From Methanococcus maripaludis (GTDB lineage Archaea > AGJL01 > Methanococci > Methanococcales > Methanococcaceae): a DNA stretch of 32,000 nt. A program made the translations under genes and the position numbers. The notes beneath the pieces were generated by a model. That model was not told the DNA's origin, did no database searches, and saw only the letters and a list, made by a program, of their open reading frames with translations. Of the stretch, positions 26,068 to 32,000 are shown one piece after another. The stretch is taken from assembly GCF_002945325.1 (NCBI RefSeq), contig NZ_CP026606.1, positions 1,620,001 to 1,652,000 on the forward strand. The letters run 5' to 3'. Every line of letters begins with the position of its first letter. Within the stretch, counting starts at the first letter, position 1.

Positions 26068-26862
26068 TTATTCGATTGAATCGGTCGTTTTTGACGCATT
26101 TAGTAATGTGTAGCTTATTTTGTTTTTGTCAACTGTTTTTATTATTTTTTCAGCCATTTTTCCAGTGATCATTGCAATAACATCGCAACCCCTGTTGCAC
26201 GCAGAAACAATTCCTTCAGAGACTGCAAATCTAATATCTGGATGAATTTCAAGTTTATTTGCAATCACTGTTCCAACAGTTCCTGCAGTTGCAATTACTG
26301 CATCAGGGTATTCTTCAAGAGTTTTTTGTACAATATCATAGTCAACGTTTCGGGATCCACCCATAACTTCAGAAGGAATTTTTAAAACGATAACTTTTCC
26401 GTTTTGAACTTCAATATGTCCATGAATTTCATGTATTGCAACATCTTCTCCAGACTCTCCACCGTAAAATACTTTTGCAGTTGCATCGGATTCGATGTTT
26501 TTTGAAACGTATATGATTCCCTTTTTCATGTATACTCCAACATTTTCCCCTGGCACTATATCTTCAGTAGCAATTGCTGGCCATACATCTTTGTATCGGT
26601 ACAAATTCTGATTTACATCGTTTAAATAATTTTTAAAGTTCGAAATCCAGTTTTTTAATGAAGCCATACCTTTTTCGGTTATTATGTACTCCCCTCTTCC
26701 TTTATTTTTAATCTGTTCGTCTTTTATCAGATTTCGCATATGTTCTGAAACGCCCTGAACAGTTATGCCCAATATGTCAGCAATTTCTTTCTGCTTAATA
26801 TGTGGCTGTTTTCTAACAACTTCTGAAAGTATTTGAAATTCTGTAATATTTCTTTTTTTCAT
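26068..26862 (-). CDS. Winged-HTH transcriptional regulator with conserved archaeal C-terminal domain (COG/MJ-type, DUF7839-like)
   Basis: N-terminal HTH KQPHIKQKEIADILGITVQGVSEHMRNLIKDEQI; C-terminal VIATAGTVGTVIANKLEIHPDIRFAVSEGIVSACNRGCDVIAMITGKMAEKII. Confidence 0.75.
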   Translation of the reverse strand: MKKRNITEFQILSEVVRKQPHIKQKEIADILGITVQGVSEHMRNLIKDEQIKNKGRGEYIITEKGMASLKNWISNFKNYLNDVNQNLYRYKDVWPAIATEDIVPGENVGVYMKKGIIYVSKNIESDATAKVFYGGESGEDVAIHEIHGHIEVQNGKVIVLKIPSEVMGGSRNVDYDIVQKTLEEYPDAVIATAGTVGTVIANKLEIHPDIRFAVSEGIVSACNRGCDVIAMITGKMAEKIIKTVDKNKISYTLLNASKTTDSIE

Positions 26863-27006
26863 AAATCCACCAAAAATCCATTATCAAAATAACTTTAATA
26901 AATATATAAAATCGGCTAGTATATATACTTTTGAAACCAATCCTAAAAGATTAACTTTAATTTTAATTTTCAGATGGAATTTTAAAAATGGTATAATTTA
27001 ATACAT

Positions 27007-27040
27007 AACTAAAATTTTAGTTTTAACTTATATATTTAAG
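27007..27040 (+). promoter_or_regulatory. Putative promoter/operator region between HTH gene and surE
   Basis: 16-bp perfect palindrome aactaaaattttagtt (27007-27022) directly upstream of TATA-like cttatatatttaag (27027-27040). Confidence 0.4.
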
Positions 27041-27201
27041 ATTTGAAGCGTGAATAATAATATACAGGTTTTAAGGTATTTTTTGCCAAAACGTAAAATA
27101 CACATTTTAATTTTGATTAATAGGTTATTTATGAATTAATATGTATTGTATAAATATTTGCGAGACGATAAATAGTAACTGAATGGTGATTTGTTATGAC
27201 T

Positions 27202-27990
27202 ATGGAAATCTTACTTGTAAATGATGATGGGATTTATTCAAATGGTCTTTTAGCACTTAAAAATGTAATATGTGAAGAATTTGATGCAAATGTTACGGTT
27301 GTTGCACCCACTAATCAACAGAGTGGTATTGGAAGAGCAATAAGTTTATTTGAGCCTCTTAGAATTACTAAAACAAAACTTGCTGATTGTTCTGAAGGCT
27401 ATGCAGTATCTGGAACTCCTACTGACTGTGTTGTTTTAGGGGTACACCAGGTTTTAAAAAAAGTTCCGGATTACATAATTTCTGGAATAAATATCGGCGA
27501 AAATCTTGGAACTGAAATTACAACTTCCGGAACACTCGGAGCTGCATTTGAAGGTGCACACCACGGTGCAAAATCATTCGCATGTTCCTTACAGGTTACA
27601 ACTGACCATTTAAAATTTAAAGAAGGCGAAAGTCCAATTGAATTTATGACTGCCGCTAGAATTGTTAAAAACGTATTTAAAAAGTTTTTAGACGATGAAT
27701 TCCCGTGTGATGTAGTAAATATAAATGTTCCAGATAATGCTACAGAAAATACGCCTGTAGAAATTACAAAACTTGCTAAACGTATGTATTCAATGCACGT
27801 TGAGGAAAGAATTGATCCTAGAAGTAGGAGCTACTACTGGCTCGATGGATATCCTGTTATGGATGAAGAAGATGGAACTGATGTATATGCTGTTAGAAAT
27901 AAACGAAATGTGTCAGTAACGCCCCTTACATTGGACAATACTGCTAAAAATATTGATGAATTTAAGGAAAAATATGGAAAAAAGTTTTAG
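27202..27990 (+). CDS. surE: 5'-nucleotidase SurE
   Basis: MEILLVNDDGIYSNGLLALK, VVAPTNQQSGIGRAISL, GYAVSGTPTDCVVLGV, SGINIGENLGTEITTSGTLGAAFEGA. Confidence 0.95.
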   Translation: MEILLVNDDGIYSNGLLALKNVICEEFDANVTVVAPTNQQSGIGRAISLFEPLRITKTKLADCSEGYAVSGTPTDCVVLGVHQVLKKVPDYIISGINIGENLGTEITTSGTLGAAFEGAHHGAKSFACSLQVTTDHLKFKEGESPIEFMTAARIVKNVFKKFLDDEFPCDVVNINVPDNATENTPVEITKLAKRMYSMHVEERIDPRSRSYYWLDGYPVMDEEDGTDVYAVRNKRNVSVTPLTLDNTAKNIDEFKEKYGKKF

Positions 27991-28066
27991 TTTTAAATAG
28001 TTTAAATACAAATAGATTATTTACTTAATTATTTTTTAATTTTGTTAATATTTGGTCGTGAGATAG

Positions 28067-28714
28067 ATGTGGAAAAAACTGGGCAACTTAGAGAAATTTT
28101 ATGTAAAAACTGGCAAAAAAGGGGCAAATAAGATGGCCTTACTTATTGATGGACCAAACATGTTAAGAAAAGAATTTAATGTTGATCTTGATAAAGTAAG
28201 GGATGCATTAGAACAGTTTGGGGATATTGTTGTTGGCCGGGTTTATTTAAACCAGTATGCGTCAGATAAATTAATCGAAGCCATTGCAAATCAGGGTTTT
28301 GAACCAAGGATTTCTGCAGGAGACGTTGATGTTGAAATGGCAGTCGAAGGAACTGAATTGATATTTAATAAAAATATTGATACAATTGTCTACATGACAA
28401 GAGATGCAGACTTTTTACCTGCAATCAGAAAAGCCAAAGAACGCGGAAAACAAATTATTGTCGTTGGTGCTGAACCTGGATTTAGTACTGCAATTCAAAA
28501 TATTGCAGACCACGTAATACGGGTAGAAGAAGATTTTGAGCTTGATAAAGAAAAATTAGAGCAGAAAAAAATAGATAGGGAACACAGTATTGCAGTTTCA
28601 GAAAAAGAAGCTGAAGTGCCAGAAGTTCAGAAAAACAGTCAGGAACATAAAAAAAGCAGTACTGATTCATTTAAAGATGGAATAAGCAACGGTATAAACT
28701 GGCTTAAAAAATAA
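28067..28714 (+). CDS. NYN (PIN-like) domain protein, TIGR00288-type; predicted RNA/nuclease function
   Basis: [67 protein letters not shown] — conserved D residues of the NYN/LabA fold. Confidence 0.85.
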   Translation: MWKKLGNLEKFYVKTGKKGANKMALLIDGPNMLRKEFNVDLDKVRDALEQFGDIVVGRVYLNQYASDKLIEAIANQGFEPRISAGDVDVEMAVEGTELIFNKNIDTIVYMTRDADFLPAIRKAKERGKQIIVVGAEPGFSTAIQNIADHVIRVEEDFELDKEKLEQKKIDREHSIAVSEKEAEVPEVQKNSQEHKKSSTDSFKDGISNGINWLKK

Positions 28715-28749
28715 AATTAAATTCTTTTTTGTTAAGTATCTTAAATAAT

Positions 28750-29019
28750 TTATACTTCTGCAGGATTTCCTTTTTTCATGAATTTTGAAAATGCAATTGT
28801 TCCAATCGGGCCGCATACCAAGAGTAACAGTGCTACGGTTTCTACATATGCAATTGAGTATATTTCTGCTAAAATTACTAAAAATGTAGCAATTATTACA
28901 GCCATTAGGCCTTCTCCGATAAGTACGTTTGAAGTTTCTTTTCTAAATGCTAATTTTAACGCAGAAAACGCACCAAACACTAATGAAATCATGGTGAAGT
29001 ATAATACATATTCATTCAT
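28750..29019 (-). CDS. MnhF-family membrane subunit of energy-converting hydrogenase (EhbB-like)
   Basis: Three TM helices, LKLAFRKETSNVLIGEGLMAVIIATFLVILAEIYSIAYVETVALLLLVCGPIGTIAFSKFM; RBS taggtggt on minus strand; ATG at 29019. Confidence 0.6.
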   Translation of the reverse strand: MNEYVLYFTMISLVFGAFSALKLAFRKETSNVLIGEGLMAVIIATFLVILAEIYSIAYVETVALLLLVCGPIGTIAFSKFMKKGNPAEV

Positions 29020-29032
29020 CAAACCACCTAAA

Positions 29033-29209
29033 TTATGCTGATAGGAATTTGTAGGCCCATATCACAAAGATAACTGCACCAATAAACATTGAGAACCAAA
29101 CCCATATATTTACTAGGAATAGTATCTTATAAATTTTTTCGCTTTTTTCAGGGTCATTCATAAGCTTCTTTAATGGATCTCTTCCATAATATTTTTTCTT
29201 TTTTAGCAT
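29033..29209 (-). CDS. Small single-TM membrane protein, 58 aa, not in the supplied track
   Basis: Translation MLKKKKYYGRDPLKKLMNDPEKSEKIYKILFLVNIWVWFSMFIGAVIFVIWAYKFLSA. It fits exactly between DUF61 (stop 29217) and the EhbB-like gene (start 29019), all minus strand, with 7-13 nt gaps. Confidence 0.75.
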   Translation of the reverse strand: MLKKKKYYGRDPLKKLMNDPEKSEKIYKILFLVNIWVWFSMFIGAVIFVIWAYKFLSA

Positions 29210-29216
29210 TTTATCA

Positions 29217-29606
29217 CTAATTAAGGCCTACTCTAAATAAATACTGTGTTGTAGTTGGTAATTTTCGCCTAACTTCTCTTAATTCAGGTTTGTAAATATA
29301 AAGGATACTTTCTTCACTAAAAAGGCTGACTTTTTTTCCTAAAATTTTTGATATTAATTTTACTTCTTCGATTCCTTCTATTTTTACAGTTCCCGAGTCA
29401 TAACTTGAATCAACTTCTAGTACTATTGGAAGTCGTATATCCCCAGATATATTTTCTTTTATAAATTCGAGTTCCTTTTTCTTAATCCTGTGTCTCTGTC
29501 CGTTTACTAGTAAATGCGGTTTATCTTCTTTTAAAAGTTCGTTTAATGTTTTTCTTTTAAAATTGGATTTTAAATTATGCAGAAACTTATAAATTTCTTT
29601 ATCCAT
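29217..29606 (-). CDS. DUF61 / UPF0216 family protein
   Basis: KPHLLVNGQRHRIKKKELEFIKENI…RLPIVLEVDSSYDSGTVKIEG…. Confidence 0.8.
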   Translation of the reverse strand: MDKEIYKFLHNLKSNFKRKTLNELLKEDKPHLLVNGQRHRIKKKELEFIKENISGDIRLPIVLEVDSSYDSGTVKIEGIEEVKLISKILGKKVSLFSEESILYIYKPELREVRRKLPTTTQYLFRVGLN

Positions 29607-29661
29607 TGTTTCACGTAAATTTTATTGAAAAGTAAAAAAAGTTAGTATTGATGGTATTTAA

Positions 29662-30027
29662 TTATTCAGCATGGAGTACTACTATGGTTCCAACAAGTTC
29701 TCCTTCTTTAATAGTTCCTTCTTTTACTGCAACAAATATTGCGTATTCGAGACATCTTTCATGTTCGAAAGGAACTGGAGTTTCTTCCCCTAAGGATACC
29801 ATGTTTCCTAATTTGTGCTGAATGTATGCAGAAGGCATCAAAACTGTTTTTTTAGGCAAGCAAATTTTCGAAATGTTTATCGGTTTAATTTCGCCTGCTT
29901 TAATTTCAACAGTTTCTGCTGCAAAAACTGGAACTTTTTGGCCAACTATTTCTAGTTTAGCCCCTTCCTGTTTTTTGCCTTCAATTTTATCTTCAATTTC
30001 CTTAATTTTTCCAGTAATTCTGAACAT
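29662..30027 (-). CDS. DUF22 domain protein
   Basis: 121 aa, …VFAAETVEIKAGEIKPINISKICLPKKTVLMPSAYIQHKLGNMVSLGEE… GELVGTIVVLHAE, typical of methanogen DUF22 proteins. Confidence 0.7.
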   Translation of the reverse strand: MFRITGKIKEIEDKIEGKKQEGAKLEIVGQKVPVFAAETVEIKAGEIKPINISKICLPKKTVLMPSAYIQHKLGNMVSLGEETPVPFEHERCLEYAIFVAVKEGTIKEGELVGTIVVLHAE

Positions 30028-30048
30028 AAAACCACCAACGATGTTGAA

Positions 30049-30708
<660 letters not shown>

Positions 30709-30739
30709 TTAATAAAATGGGAATAATTCAGCTTCTGAA

Positions 30740-32000
<1,261 letters not shown>

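Overview
The window is a gene-dense, AT-rich stretch of a euryarchaeal methanogen chromosome. Gene content and protein sequences match the order Methanococcales, most like Methanococcus maripaludis; that assignment rests on recognition of protein families, not on a search. Most of it is ordinary housekeeping and methanogenesis sequence: glmM/glmU, a dUTPase-family gene, Ehb/Mnh-type hydrogenase membrane subunits at two separate places, an aminotransferase, SppA-like and archaeal S16-like proteases, a Na+/Ca2+-type exchanger, tfrB, moaC, CYTH, leuA, cysS, tRNA-Ala(GGC), DUF523/DUF1722, YcaO, hdrC/hdrB, a winged-HTH regulator, surE, a NYN-domain protein, and atpD/atpB. The standout locus is a ~1,060-aa repetitive parallel beta-helix (NosD-like) surface protein at about 8081-11267. 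Its C-terminus looks like an S-layer domain. Its signal peptide is out of frame with the only well-placed RBS/TTG start because of an A8 homopolymer, which makes it a candidate phase-variable or programmed-frameshift cell-envelope gene (or a sequencing error or pseudogene). The same gene carries a 113-bp perfect internal direct repeat. Two small ORFs missed by the supplied track (26 aa and 58 aa) are also supported by position and composition. I did not find a convincing new defence system, CRISPR array or mobile element.
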